A DNA stretch of 62,939 bases, filler included, from Globobulimina sp. (lineage: Eukaryota), in NCBI GenBank assembly GCA_003354225.1. It is 49 parts of 49 records of this genome, joined end to end, with 100 filler letters (N's around TTAATTAATTAA, not from the genome) between each part and the next. Parts side by side here need not be neighbours in the genome. Positions count along the whole stretch, not along the records: positions 24,457 to 25,643 come from PIVH01021395.1; positions 25,744 to 26,930 come from PIVH01021396.1; positions 27,031 to 28,217 come from PIVH01021397.1; positions 28,318 to 29,504 come from PIVH01021398.1; positions 29,605 to 30,790 come from PIVH01021399.1; positions 30,891 to 32,076 come from PIVH01021400.1; positions 32,177 to 33,362 come from PIVH01021401.1; positions 33,463 to 34,648 come from PIVH01021402.1; 41 more parts are not named here. One strand, given 5' to 3'. Of the stretch, positions 24,492-36,826 are shown piece after piece; position 1 is the stretch's first letter; each line of letters opens with the position of its first letter. The position numbers and the translations under genes are program-made. Below the pieces are notes generated by a model, which worked only from the letters and a program-made list of their open reading frames with translations, was not told where the DNA came from and ran no database searches.

Positions 24492-25322
24492 GATGTATTC
24501 CCATGCTCACGCTCTGATGGTTCTAAATGAACTGAGCATTATCAGAAAGAGATCAGCACAATTGAAGTTGGATACTACAGCAGTAGTACAGCATCGCTAT
24601 CCTAACATGGTTCTCGAGGTATTCGTGCCCAAAGCGCGTTATTGCCAACAGAAAACGCTCAAAAGATCGTCAGTCAGTTTGCCTTTCATTTGAGTAAACC
24701 ACTGGCCATCAAATTGATGCATTCTGTAGTAGAACCAGAGGAAGGGGTCCAGAGTTTTCTAGTGGATGACAAGATTCCGGGTGGTAACGCTTATGTTACA
24801 CAAATCAAGCAGGCATATGTCAACGAAAATAAAGTCGTGACGGGACGCTGTCTGACTATAATGTTGAATCCAGTGTCTGCAACACCAGTCATCCGCAAAA
24901 TGCAGAAAGCTGACCAAATTGCAATTTAAATGGCTCCATCAATGAGTCACAAAGCTCAGAAATTGTTGGTGAACCAAGTTGGAAAACAAGAAATTAGGTA
25001 CCATGGAAAGAGAGGAATTGTTGCAAGAGAATATCCAACCAAGAGACAAACGTGACAAATACAGGGAGCAAAATCGGTGAACGAAAGCAGTAAGAATAAA
25101 TGTATTGCATCATTTCTGGGTGTAGAATTTGCCACCAATTTGACACCACTTCCGACACATCCAAATCAATACTACTTTGCGGGTCAAGATAACAGCAAAA
25201 TCACATTGACAAGAGAATAGAACATTTTTATCGATTCTGCATTGGAAACTTGTAGTGACGGTACATCAGCATTACGTGTATTGTATAGTGATCGGTCCAA
25301 AGTTATCATTACAATTTTGTAG
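24492..25322 (+). pseudogene. Decayed single-frame ORF (~270 codons, several in-frame stops), possibly the 3' ORF of an LTR element
   Basis: The frame of ORF 24642..24929 continues on both sides through isolated TGA/TAA/TAG codons. Confidence 0.4.
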
Positions 25323-25447
25323 TTTTTGTTACTATTTTTAAATTTTTTTTTAGTAATAGAAATCTGTGCTTTTAAAGCTTGCAAGTTTATTTTAGTCTTA
25401 CTTGCATCTTGTTTGTGTTTCTGAGGTCCTGCAACCTTCAATTATAT

Positions 25448-25643
25448 GGGAGGGGAGGGATCTGTAATTAGTAATTCCAGTTTTTAGTTATCATAATGTA
25501 CGTATGAAATAATTGTTTTTTTTGTGTTTTTTGCATGTTTTTGCATGTTTTCTAAAAATCTTGCACGTTTAAGCTTCAATAAGTGGTGAGTTTAGAGGTA
25601 AGTTAAGCACAAAGCGACGCGAGAGCATTTGGATCAACATCTT
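25448..25643 (+). mobile_element. Putative polypurine tract and start of a 3' LTR
   Basis: GGGAGGGGAGGGA (25448..25460) followed 2 nt later by TGTAA. Confidence 0.35.
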
Positions 25644-25793
25644 NNNNNNNNNNNNNNNNNNNNNNNNNNNNNNNNNNNNNNNNNNNNTTAATTAATTAAN
25701 NNNNNNNNNNNNNNNNNNNNNNNNNNNNNNNNNNNNNNNNNNNGGATTGCAGTTTGAGTGCAATATTGCGTCTGTAAACTCTGTGTCTGGCGC

Positions 25794-25833
25794 ACATAGA
25801 AACACAAAGAACAACATAGAAACACAAAGAACA
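25794..25833. repeat. 20-nt tandem duplication (ACATAGAAACACAAAGAACA x2) downstream of the EEP gene
   Basis: Direct reading of the sequence. Confidence 0.8.
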
Positions 25834-25857
25834 ATATTACATAATTAAACTATCATT

Positions 25858-26930
25858 TTAATACCGTTTAGTATTATTAGTAACATTAAGTCTGTATTGT
25901 GTGAGATCGAATGCAATAACATATGGCCAATGATCGCTGAAATTTGTAAGACAGCCACTTTGAAAGCCATGGTCAATGCTGGCATCACTTATAACATCAT
26001 ACAATTGCTGCGACAGTAACACCTGATCAATCATACTAAAACACTGCGGCGACACAATGCAATCACTGTTACAGTCATACCACGCTGTATACCTCTCATT
26101 AATTTGTGCGATACTATTTGCCACATTAACCAACGACTGAGCCCCACTGGCTGTCCGCATTACACTTTCCACCGCAGATATGGGCGTATTACAATTTATA
26201 TCGCATACACTGTTGGCATAGTCATTGTAATCGCCCGCAACAATGATTAAATTACCATTTCCTACGTCTTCCCGTATCATATTTGCAATAACAGTGGCTT
26301 GTCCTTCTCGCCTTCGACAGCGACTTGGATCCATTGGATAGGCCAAAAAATGAAAATTAAATATACTTAAATCCTGCGCCAAGCCATCGACACGGAATCT
26401 GCTTCGAAAATGCTTAGAACAGCCCTGTGTGCCGGAATTAGTCGACTCGGCACAGTTACTTCCTGCCACTGGATATGGTACGTATTCGTCGCTACGATAT
26501 AAGTCATCCAATGGATCTATCTTCGTTATCAATGCTACATTCTGTCCAGTTGCAGTGTCTAGGCCTCTGAACGCAATATATTTATTACACAAATTATAGT
26601 AAATACTGTACGCAATTTACATATTGCTACCTTATTAGATACGGTCTGTAATATTCACCATTGTTTGGCATAGCAGTTATTAATTGCTGCACAGTCCAAC
26701 AATCGCAAGTTTCCTGCAATAATATAATATCTGCACTGAGTGAGTCTAAATAATTTGCGACAGTATGCATGTGGATGTATGCAGCTGTGCTGTTGTGCCA
26801 ATCGCAGCCATTTCCGGGACAATAATTGCCTCCCATTGAATGTGAATAGTCCAAAAATAACCATTCTATATTAAACGACACAAATCTTAATATGTTTTTG
26901 TTTTCCCTTCGATCCTCTTTAATTATTGGA
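25858..26930 (-). CDS. Endonuclease/exonuclease/phosphatase (EEP) family protein, 5' truncated; intron 26567..26630
   Basis: SFNIEWLF, DIILLQE, spliced PYLIR-GLDTATGQNVALIT, GDYND, SMIDQVL, SDHWP. Confidence 0.9.
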
Positions 26931-27058
26931 NNNNNNNNNNNNNNNNNNNNNNNNNNNNNNNNNNNNNNNNNNNNTTAATTAATTAANNNNNNNNNNNNNN
27001 NNNNNNNNNNNNNNNNNNNNNNNNNNNNNNGTATTGAGAATCTCTTTCTAAACCCAAC

Positions 27059-27934
27059 ATGAACTTCGCATTCTTGTTCCTCTTGGGGATAAATTTCAAT
27101 AATGTGCAATATCAAAAGATTGACCATTACAAATTAATTAATTGCACTGTGAATGAAGAGATGGATTTAAATCAAATATATAAACAAGAAATAAGAGTTG
27201 CAGCCAATCAGAAAATTGAATTAAATCAATTGAGCCAGAATATGGTATCAAATACACAGACGTTCTTAGAAACTGCCGCATCGCAAACAGATGAAATTGA
27301 GATGATTGGGAATAATATTAATGACAGAGATCCATCGGATGAATTATTTATAAATGATGAGGCCTTAATGAATAATGGATTGGTCGATGACGGTGATTCG
27401 CAATCGTCAGACGATGTAAAAACAGAGATTCTCCCAACTGATGCTATAACTCCACAACAACCCAATCAACAAACCGTATCACAGCCAATCACAAAGCAAT
27501 GCAATCCAATCAACAACACGCAGAGCAATAATAAGAATAACAATAACTCCGATAACTCAGTGTTAGTCGCGCCAGTAAATAAAAATGAAACCAACCAATC
27601 ACAGAACCAATCATTCAATGCCAACCAATATACGTTTGGCGAAGCAGTAAAACCCAATGGAAACAGAACAAGAATGCGCCGGAAACCTCAACTGACATTA
27701 GATCAGCAATTACAAATCATACCAAACCTACCGAAATATGCCCGAAACCGTGGAAATAATGCAAACTTATTCCATAAACAATTAATTGTCAATCAATTAA
27801 AAGATGGAAACAAAAAGAAAAAGAATGAAAATGTATTACCTTTTGTAAATATCAGAGGCAAAGGAAAGAAAATCAAGTCAAGAAAGAAAGTAAAGAATGC
27901 AATAAATAAAAATAATGATAATCATGGAATATAA
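27059..27934 (+). CDS. N/Q-rich hypothetical ORF with a basic C-terminus
   Basis: 291-aa open frame with no recognisable domain. Confidence 0.45.
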   Translation: MNFAFLFLLGINFNNVQYQKIDHYKLINCTVNEEMDLNQIYKQEIRVAANQKIELNQLSQNMVSNTQTFLETAASQTDEIEMIGNNINDRDPSDELFINDEALMNNGLVDDGDSQSSDDVKTEILPTDAITPQQPNQQTVSQPITKQCNPINNTQSNNKNNNNSDNSVLVAPVNKNETNQSQNQSFNANQYTFGEAVKPNGNRTRMRRKPQLTLDQQLQIIPNLPKYARNRGNNANLFHKQLIVNQLKDGNKKKKNENVLPFVNIRGKGKKIKSRKKVKNAINKNNDNHGI

Positions 27935-28383
27935 ATTCAATAAAAAGAATAATGCCAACCAACCAATCCCCAATATAATTAAACCTATTCTCCACCTTAT
28001 TATCTACCACTTTTTCTCCCTATGTATCTATTCCCTGTATAGTCACTTTGTAGCTACAACTGCAGACAGAGAACATTTTATATTTACGGCTTTGTATATT
28101 GAGTATTTTACTCATTACAATCCGTTAAATCACCATATAAAATCCTCTACTTCAGTCGCAGCTTTTTATTTTGAAATATGCCGAAACCAAAGTTTGATGA
28201 ACAATTTTAAATTATTANNNNNNNNNNNNNNNNNNNNNNNNNNNNNNNNNNNNNNNNNNNNTTAATTAATTAANNNNNNNNNNNNNNNNNNNNNNNNNNN
28301 NNNNNNNNNNNNNNNNNAGTAATAAAAATGATAATAATAAAAATAATCATAAGAAAAAAATTGTATATGCCGCACCAAAAGTA

Positions 28384-29504
28384 GTGGTACAAGAAAAACC
28401 ATCGCGTGTTTCATGGAACTTTGCCGATAATGCAATGGAATATAATCCAAGCAATCGTATGTTAAGTCAGTTGATGCAAATTGCAGAAAGTTCCGAAGTA
28501 GAAATGAGTGCCGCGGATCGAGAGCGTGATCGAGAAACATTTTTATTGCGAGATTATGATGACGATGAAGATGGTCCTTTAGGCGTTCACCATTTTAGCG
28601 GGTTAATGGCTGGCTCAATGGAGCAGGACCAAGATATGCACGCCGCTGTCGATGTAACTGCAAGTTTGAAGATATTGCCCAATGAAACAAGAGAGCCCTT
28701 AGAAGCCGCTATGGCTGCTGCTTCAAATCATGCTGAAAGGTTAGAAATATTACGCTCGAATCTGCCTGCAATGATATCGTCGTCCCCTGATCACGCACAT
28801 ATTTTTTTAGGATTGAAACGTAAGAAAAAAAGACCAAAATTAATAGAGAGAATAGAGAGGAAAAAAGCAAGTACAAATAATATGAGTGGATTTATAGTAG
28901 AAGATGATAGCGATGATGTTGGCGTTGAGATGAATACACTGAGTCGACAAATATCTGCGTCCTCAGTGACGAGTACCAGCGCATCGCAGAAAAAAATCAA
29001 TTTTGAGAGCAAGGCGTCCGTTTTGATATCATTTATTATGAAGGAATTAAGCAAACAGTTTGGGGATAAATTATTAAAATTATTAAACAAAGTGTTGCAT
29101 TTAATATGTAAAGAAAATGAGCAGAATAAAAAACATATGCATCCCTTTAATGAGAACAATGCGAATAATAATAATAATAAGTTAACAATCAATAAGAATG
29201 AGATCTTATTCTTTGATTTTGATGGCAATGATGAATGGTCCGAAGGGTGTAAATTGACAGAAGAGTCGTTTGAAGATTGGAAGAATTGTATCATTAATGT
29301 TGGTACTCGATTTGCGCATGTTTTGGCGGAGGCGGATTGTAAACAGATTTCTGCAAATTATGTGAATGAACGGTGCGAATACCTCCGTAATGTTATATCT
29401 GATCGTAGAATGTGGAGCAATTCCGGATTTAGGAAGAAATCAAAAACATTATTAACCATTGTATGCGACCATATGGTCAATAAAAGACATGAGATTTATG
29501 ATAG
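28384..29504 (+). CDS. Hypothetical protein, partial
   Basis: Open frame of more than 370 codons. Confidence 0.6.
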
Positions 29505-29889
29505 NNNNNNNNNNNNNNNNNNNNNNNNNNNNNNNNNNNNNNNNNNNNTTAATTAATTAANNNNNNNNNNNNNNNNNNNNNNNNNNNNNNNNNNNNNNNN
29601 NNNNAACTATTATCACTACATTCCAGTATTTTATGTTTCCTAATAAACGATTGACCAAAAAACCACAACCAATTGCACAAATAGTAGCAAATATGTCGAG
29701 AAATGCCATGGTGCAGTTAACTGAGTTTTCCTTATGCCCACTCTATCTCTGTGCAAATGCTTAATTTTCTGGAAACCTTGGTTTTGTGTTTCTAATTGAA
29801 GGAAGACATAAAGGTTGTGTATCAATGGTAAATTAGCGACTTGGTGAAGTGGATTTATCCGGTCCTTTGTCATTTAATTTATCTGTCAC

Positions 29890-30790
29890 TTATTTTATTT
29901 TGTATTTTCTCAAATACATTTTCTGACCAATACCAAAGAATTGCCTACATGCAACATTATGTTGTTTATCATCTTTCCAATATTCATAGTTCTGTACCAA
30001 ATCAAATGTTAAATCAAAATGTGTTTCGTCGTCAACCAATTTAAACCTTTTGAACAATTCTATCAAACCAAATATATAACTTTTAACATAGCGGTGCATT
30101 TCTTTCTCATTTTTGTAACACACACAACAAATATTATGACTGCAATATATCTGAATGTCTCTGTTTGCATCATTAGCAACTAATAAATGTCCCAACTCAT
30201 AGGCACAATTATACAATCTACGATGTCCAAAATAACGTGTTTTTCTCAACGTTTTTCTATTTAAATACCACATCCAATTGCACCATTCACCAACATTATA
30301 AATCAGCTGTGGCGTTTTCTTCTGCTCATTGCAATGAATAATTAGCTCCACTTTAAACCATTGGAAATGCCAAGAAAAAATTGGGTCATCATTTTGCTTC
30401 ATATAAAAATGTACCGTTCTCCTTTCATCCAATAATTGTGCCAAAGTACTCCGACTGATACATTTGCCATGTTTCTCCACAGTGCGATAAAAAGAGTACA
30501 TTGCTATATCTGTCAAAGGAAAATATTCGATTCTAAAGACTGTAATGAACACTAATGACAAAATAACACAATTGCCAAATAACATATATTTATAATGAAT
30601 CCATCCAATGTCGCTGCAATTAATTATTTCATTGGTCATGGCGTGATTTGTGTTGTTATGAAACGGGTTTGTGACCAAAATAAAATAACATATTGATTGT
30701 GGTATATAGTTCGGACTCATTAACATTCGAATAACACAATGAAAAAGGATAAAAGCAATAATCCATACAAATCGTTTCCAGATTGCATTG
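29890..30790 (-). CDS. Hypothetical membrane protein C-terminus
   Basis: Hydrophobic helices followed by EYFPLTDIAMYS; long open frame. Confidence 0.5.
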
Positions 30791-30890
30791 NNNNNNNNNN
30801 NNNNNNNNNNNNNNNNNNNNNNNNNNNNNNNNNNTTAATTAATTAANNNNNNNNNNNNNNNNNNNNNNNNNNNNNNNNNNNNNNNNNNNN

Positions 30891-31064
30891 TTTGAAGAGG
30901 GATATGAAGAGATTGAGGATTGTATTGATTTGACATTAAATGAATTGAAAGAAATGGCTTTTAAAGCTGGCCACGCAAAGAAATTCAAACGGAAAATCCA
31001 TCAATATTTTAACAACAACAATGATCATCACATGGAAGGACGTGATGGCACCGCTTATATGTAA
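30891..31064 (+). CDS. SAM-domain C-terminal fragment (not in the ORF track)
   Basis: FEEGYEEIEDCIDLTLNELKEMAFKAGHAKKFKRKI. Confidence 0.75.
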   Translation, partial: FEEGYEEIEDCIDLTLNELKEMAFKAGHAKKFKRKIHQYFNNNNDHHMEGRDGTAYM

Positions 31065-31276
31065 TGTTTTTTAATATTGGTTAATAATTAATAAACAGTG
31101 CAACGAGCGATACACAAAAAATACCCCATTCATCATACAAAATGTGTTCTTTCTTTGTTTTATTTTTGTTGTGCCGGATGAAAACATCTAAAAACCCGCG
31201 TTGAATCTAGGAAAAAAATCTTTCTCTCTCTTGACAAGTATGAAATCATTGGTTTTATACAGCAATAAATTACATA

Positions 31277-32076
31277 TTAACTTCTGATAACAGACATTTT
31301 CTTAAACTCGACCCAATTCTTTAAAACCATCATCGCAGTGCCATCATGTTCCAATGCATGTATTTTATCAACAACCTCTTTTCCCTCTACAATATTTGCA
31401 AAACACGGGTCGGCTTTTGGTCCTTGGCCACCCGGGCCATGATTGCGTTGATTGTCAACCAAATTAATATAAAAATCAGGTCCGCCGGGTCTCCCCGCTA
31501 AGCCAATCGAATATGCCTTATGTAAATAGTCCAATGTATCGTCATATTCTTGGAAAACAATCGACGCAGATTGCCCTAAACCGATCATATCATCCTTACC
31601 ATTGATATTATTATGATTACGTTTGTGGCAATTTGCTTGAATCACATGATTGGCGTTGCGAAAAAAATGGCATCCGTTCCAAAATTTATTCTCTACCAAA
31701 GTTAAAAAATAACGCACCGTATGGGGCATGGATAAAATCGGCGCCATTTCCAATACAATATCCCCTACAAATATTATGGAGGCATTTCAGTGCATCATCG
31801 TTGAATATTATTGTGCCAAATATGCATGAAACAACACTTATATTCAACAAAATGCATAAATATCTAAGAAAATACACTGTGAACTTACCTAAATTGGTTT
31901 CAATCAACACATTTATGGGAGTTTCTTCCCCATACTGCAATGTCAAGGATTTGTAGTCATTGAGCTGTATGTCTTCAATCCAATTATCATCATTTGAATT
32001 CCATTCATCTTTGTCTTTGTTATGCATTCCGATGTCGTCGTCATCGTCGTCCATAGCCCCAGCGTTATGCCGTAAA
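31277..32076 (-). CDS. Divergent cyclophilin-like protein, 5' truncated; intron 31765..31888
   Basis: Spliced IETNL-GDIVLEMAP..MPHTV, FFRNANHVIQA, AGRPGGPDFYIN, ADPCFANIVEG. Confidence 0.85.
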
Positions 32077-32176
32077 NNNNNNNNNNNNNNNNNNNNNNNN
32101 NNNNNNNNNNNNNNNNNNNNTTAATTAATTAANNNNNNNNNNNNNNNNNNNNNNNNNNNNNNNNNNNNNNNNNNNN

Positions 32177-33068
32177 GTGTTTATTGTCAATAAATCTTTG
32201 GATAATATTAACAGATCCAATATTTTCTCAACGTGCGTCAATGTCACAATATTTTGGACCAAAACGCTTTACGCCCATTCCTTCAAACTTATGGGCTGAA
32301 TTACCAAATATTGATATCGTTTTAATATCTCACGATCACTTTGATCACTTGGATTATCAGACAGTAAAAAGATTAATAAATGAGAAAAAAGTAAAATATT
32401 GGTGTGTTCCGTTAAGAATTAAAGAATGGATTTTGCAAAACTTTGGTACAGTTAACATTGTTGAATTAGATTGGTGGTATTCTGCGGTGCTTACTCGCAA
32501 CAACCAATTTGAAACGAATAATTTTAAGCTTTACAATGAAATAGCAAGTGACTCAAAATTGGCAGACGATGATGAAATTAAAATTGTTTGTTGTCCCTCT
32601 CAACATCATTGCCATCGTGGTTTATTTGATAAAAATCATCGTTTATGGTGTTCATTTGTCATTGTTACATCAGATAATAAACGTATATTTTTTGGTGGTG
32701 ATACAGGATATCGATCGGTTCCGAGAAAACATAGAAACGATACAATAAATGAAGATGCATTATCTGTTTGCCCAGCATTTAAAAAAATTGGTGAGTTATA
32801 TGGTCCCTTGGATTTATCAATGATGCCAATTGGTGCATATGCACCACGGTGGTTTATGAGTCGTGTTCATTTGAGTCCATATGATTCAATCTGTATTCAT
32901 AAAGATTTAAAATCAAAGCAATCAGTGGCTATTCACTGGGGAACGTTCAGTTTAACTGAAGAACCATATGATGAGCCACCAGAATTATTAAATCAACTCA
33001 TGTCAAAATATAATATTCCACCGGATCAGTTTGTTGTGGTTGATCCTGGAAAAGTAACTTTATTTTAG
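32177..33068 (+). CDS. N-acyl-phosphatidylethanolamine phospholipase D-like MBL-fold hydrolase, 5' truncated
   Basis: LTDPIFSQRAS, ISHDHFDHLD, ELDWW, FFGGDTGY, PIGAYAPRWFM, IHWGTF..EPYDEPP. Confidence 0.92.
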
Positions 33069-33147
33069 AGATGGTTTGCCGTTTTGTATAAGAACTATCA
33101 TTATTTTAATTGAAGCAGTTTGCATCAAACCCACATCTTCAAAGCTG

Positions 33148-33244
33148 CAGTCACAACTATTGAGCTAATTTATTGGGTGATCGATTTACTCCAAAAGTTG
33201 AGGTCCGATCACCACAATGAAAATTAGCTCAATAGTTGTGACTG
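33148..33244. mobile_element. 97-nt MITE-like foldback with 24-nt perfect terminal inverted repeats
   Basis: CAGTCACAACTATTGAGCTAATTT (33148..33171) and its reverse complement (33221..33244); inner GGTGATCG/CGATCACC also pair. Confidence 0.75.
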
Positions 33245-33569
33245 TGTAGGTCAACACGATTTTTAATAAAATATAATCCGCACTTATTTAGGATATATAT
33301 TTATGGAATTTCTTACGTTTTATTTATGGGACACTCCCAAAGTCTATTCCATTTTTAACATTNNNNNNNNNNNNNNNNNNNNNNNNNNNNNNNNNNNNNN
33401 NNNNNNTTAATTAATTAANNNNNNNNNNNNNNNNNNNNNNNNNNNNNNNNNNNNNNNNNNNNAAACTCACTGCTTAATTCCCTTCGCCATAAACACTGCC
33501 AAACCGCTGTCAATCGGTCTGACATTGAATTGCGAGCCATCACTTTGTTGACAATATGCGGTACCAACC

Positions 33570-34648
33570 ACGTATTGCATGCGGTGCAAGGAGTGGTACG
33601 GTTGGCACTTCCCGGAGCTCACAAAGCTGATTGCCGACCAAGTGCAGTATTGTTAGTATACGCTTCTTTCTCCGTTTCTGCTCTGTTATACTGTTTTTAC
33701 TCCGTTTTTGTGTGTGTTATAGGTAAAATAATACGGGTCATCAAAGAGAAGACGTCGTTGAAGTGTCTGTACGACGAGAAACGCGACGCGGCGGCGGTGG
33801 CGTTGCACAAACAATTGCTGGAAGTGGTGGACGACGACGCCGATGTGGTGGAGGCCGTGATCGGTGCGGCGCGGAGCTCGATGGGCATCGAAGTGAGCCA
33901 GATCGACATGATCGAGATCCAGGTCTTTGCGACGCGCATCGTGCGGTTGGCCGAGTTCCGGGTGAATTTGTACGCATATTTGTGCGAGCGGATGGAGTGC
34001 TGCGCTCCCAATCTGACGGCATTGATGGGCGAGCAAGTCGGCGCGAGATTGATCTCCAAAGCCGGCAATTTGATTAAATTGGCAAAATACCCCGCGAGTA
34101 CCATACAGATTTTGGGTGCGGAGAAGGCGCTGTTTCGCGCACTCAAATCGAAGGGAACGTGTAATACGCCCAAATATGGACTCATTTATAACTGTACGTA
34201 CATTATGAAGGCGAAGGATAAGAATAAAGGCAGAATCAGCCGGTATTTGGCCAACAAAGCTGCGATGTCGGTGCGGTTGGACTGTTTTTTGGATAAACAG
34301 ACGGATTTATACGGGAAAGCGTTTCGGGAGCAGGTTGAGGAAAGATTGCGATTCTTCAAAGATGGTAAGATTCCCAGCAAGAATATCGATGTGATGAAGA
34401 AGGTGAAGATGCAGATTGATATCGACGCGATGGACGATGAAGATGTTGATATGGAGTTTAGTTTTTTGTTTTTTTTAGTTTTTGATTTGTGGATTAAGAA
34501 AATTAAAATGTTTTTTTTTAAGGATGACACCACCGAAAGTTGAGAAGGCGAAAAAGAAAAAGAAAAAGAGGAAGTTGGAGGATGTTGGTGTTGATGTTGT
34601 TGCAGCAAAGAAGCAGAAAGTGGAGGATGTGGCGGCTGTGGAACAAGA
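33570..34648 (+). CDS. NOP56: Nucleolar protein 56 (box C/D snoRNP), partial; introns 33652..33722 and 34456..34522
   Basis: [60 protein letters not shown], lysine-rich tail. Confidence 0.9.
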
Positions 34649-34774
34649 NNNNNNNNNNNNNNNNNNNNNNNNNNNNNNNNNNNNNNNNNNNNTTAATTAA
34701 TTAANNNNNNNNNNNNNNNNNNNNNNNNNNNNNNNNNNNNNNNNNNNNAAATTACATCATCCTTGCACTTATAG

Positions 34775-35128
34775 GGAATAAATGCAATCAAAAATAGAAA
34801 GAATTTGCAATCCATCGCCGAGGAGAGAGTAGGCCGCGTCTGCACAAATATGAGAGTGTTAAATAGTTATTGGGTGACAGAAGATGGCTCATCCAAATGG
34901 TACGAAGTGATTTTAGTGGATCCAAGACATAAAAGAATACAAAATGACGTCCGCATTAATTGGATTGTTCGCTCCAAGCATAAACGTCGAGAGTGTCGTG
35001 GCTTAACCAGTGCCGGCAGAAAACATCGAGGATTGAGGAAAAAGGGACATTTGGCGCATAATTTGAGACCGTCAAGAAGAGCAAACTGGAAACGTAGAAA
35101 TAGAACACAATTATGGCGATATAGATAA
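34775..35128 (+). CDS. RPL15: 60S ribosomal protein L15, last exon
   Basis: LQSIAEERVGR..NMRVLNSYWV..YEVILVDP..RECRGLTSAGRKHRGL..LWRYR; AG acceptor at 34773-34774. Confidence 0.97.
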   Translation, partial: GINAIKNRKNLQSIAEERVGRVCTNMRVLNSYWVTEDGSSKWYEVILVDPRHKRIQNDVRINWIVRSKHKRRECRGLTSAGRKHRGLRKKGHLAHNLRPSRRANWKRRNRTQLWRYR

Positions 35129-35290
35129 ATAAAACATTTGTGACTCCATCAGTATTCTATATAAATTAACATTTTTTGATTTGTTTTACTAAACAATTTT
35201 GTCTTCTGTTCATTTGAAGATAGAAAAAAAACACACTTTTAATAAAAATAAATTAGAAACAAGAAAGTGTTCATAATAAATATATAAATA

Positions 35291-35934
35291 TTATCGTGTA
35301 AGATATTTATTTTTCTCATTATTCACAGATTGGAATATAAAATTTTGTACAGACTCTATAGAATAACCAGTATAATTTGCAATATTTTCAATTCTTTGCG
35401 AATCGCTGTATTGATCGTCAATGGGTGTTTTCCCCCGTTGTTTGAAGAAATTATTCTTATTATGCTGAATATTTTCAATATTTTGCGAGTTGGTGCCACT
35501 TATTCGCGACTGATTATAATGCAAATAATAATTGATCAACGTATCAATCATAAATTCCAAATCGTCCATTCTTTGTACGTCCATCCTCGACATTGGCGAC
35601 GAAAACGAACATGACAATAAAAATGGATGTTGTAACAACTGCTTTGCACTCCATCGCAAATCATAATTTTTATCCAAACATTTCTGCAAAAAATCAAGTA
35701 AATCGTCATCATATTTGTCCAATATATTCTGTGCGATTTTATACGGTATTTTCTTAGTTTCCTGTTCTTTTTCGAACCGATGCGACCCATTCAATATCTC
35801 ACACATTGTGATCCCAAACGAATAGATATCCGATTTGGTCGTATACCGGATGGGCGACAAGAACTTCTTTTCATAGCTCTGGAAATTAATGCTGCCATTA
35901 TTCAGCGCAAACCGCGTATACTCATTCTCCATCT
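35291..35934 (-). CDS. Ser/Thr protein kinase C-lobe (MAP2K/STE-like), partial
   Basis: KSDIYSFGITMCE and FLQKCL...RWSAKQLLQHPFL. Confidence 0.8.
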
Positions 35935-36034
35935 NNNNNNNNNNNNNNNNNNNNNNNNNNNNNNNNNNNNNNNNNNNNTTAATTAATTAANNNNNNNNNN
36001 NNNNNNNNNNNNNNNNNNNNNNNNNNNNNNNNNN

Positions 36035-36826
36035 ACGATATGATAGCAATATGCATAAGAAACTGCTGTAAACATTGATAAATGTCATTAGACGCCATGC
36101 AAAATCAAAATAAACTGATTTAAACGCTAAGAGTGGAGCCAATAATGAGTTCAATAAGTAAGCAAATGTTGAGATGAAGCATAAGACCGACATCTTTGTC
36201 ACTGTATTTATTAAACGACGCTCACTTTCATGTTCAACGCATAATTTGTGCAATTTAATCAATTTATAAATAAAGGCGCCAACTAACCACAGAGTGGATA
36301 ACGAAGATAAGATCGCTGCCAATGAACCAATAAATAGACCAAATTGATGATGGGACGGCGAAACAAAGTATAAAACCGTAGCAAATACAAACAACACCGA
36401 AACAACAATAAAATAAACAATCCATATTTGAATGGTGCATCTGGATAAAGCCAACATTGTTTCATGATATATGAGATACAATCGATAGAATAACAATTGT
36501 AAAAATATCGTCGATTGTACTAAATAGAGGGTGAATGCTACGGAAATTAAATAGAGGAATAATTGCTTATTATGACAGTAATTAGCTGCGGTTATTGCAA
36601 ATATTATAAGAAATAAAAATATGGCAACAAATAATGCAAAACCACACCAAAATAATAGTTTTGATACTTTCACTTTTTCTAAAAGTTTTTTAGTATATGT
36701 CCGATAATATGCGTACATTGCAGGAAGCATTGAAATTGCACCCAATATGTGTATTGCTGGGAGAAGGTAATTGTATAAAATAATGCCGTGATGCAAATTA
36801 TCGTCACATGTGAACGTGTCAGCCAT
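36035..36826 (-). CDS. Orphan seven-transmembrane (GPCR-like) protein, 3' truncated
   Basis: Seven hydrophobic helices; LFYRL after TM3 and FIYKL after TM5. Confidence 0.7.

Noticed and set aside
33686..34608. Multiple overlapping antisense/alternative ORFs over NOP56
   Set aside because: Shadow ORFs caused by GC-rich codon usage in a conserved gene
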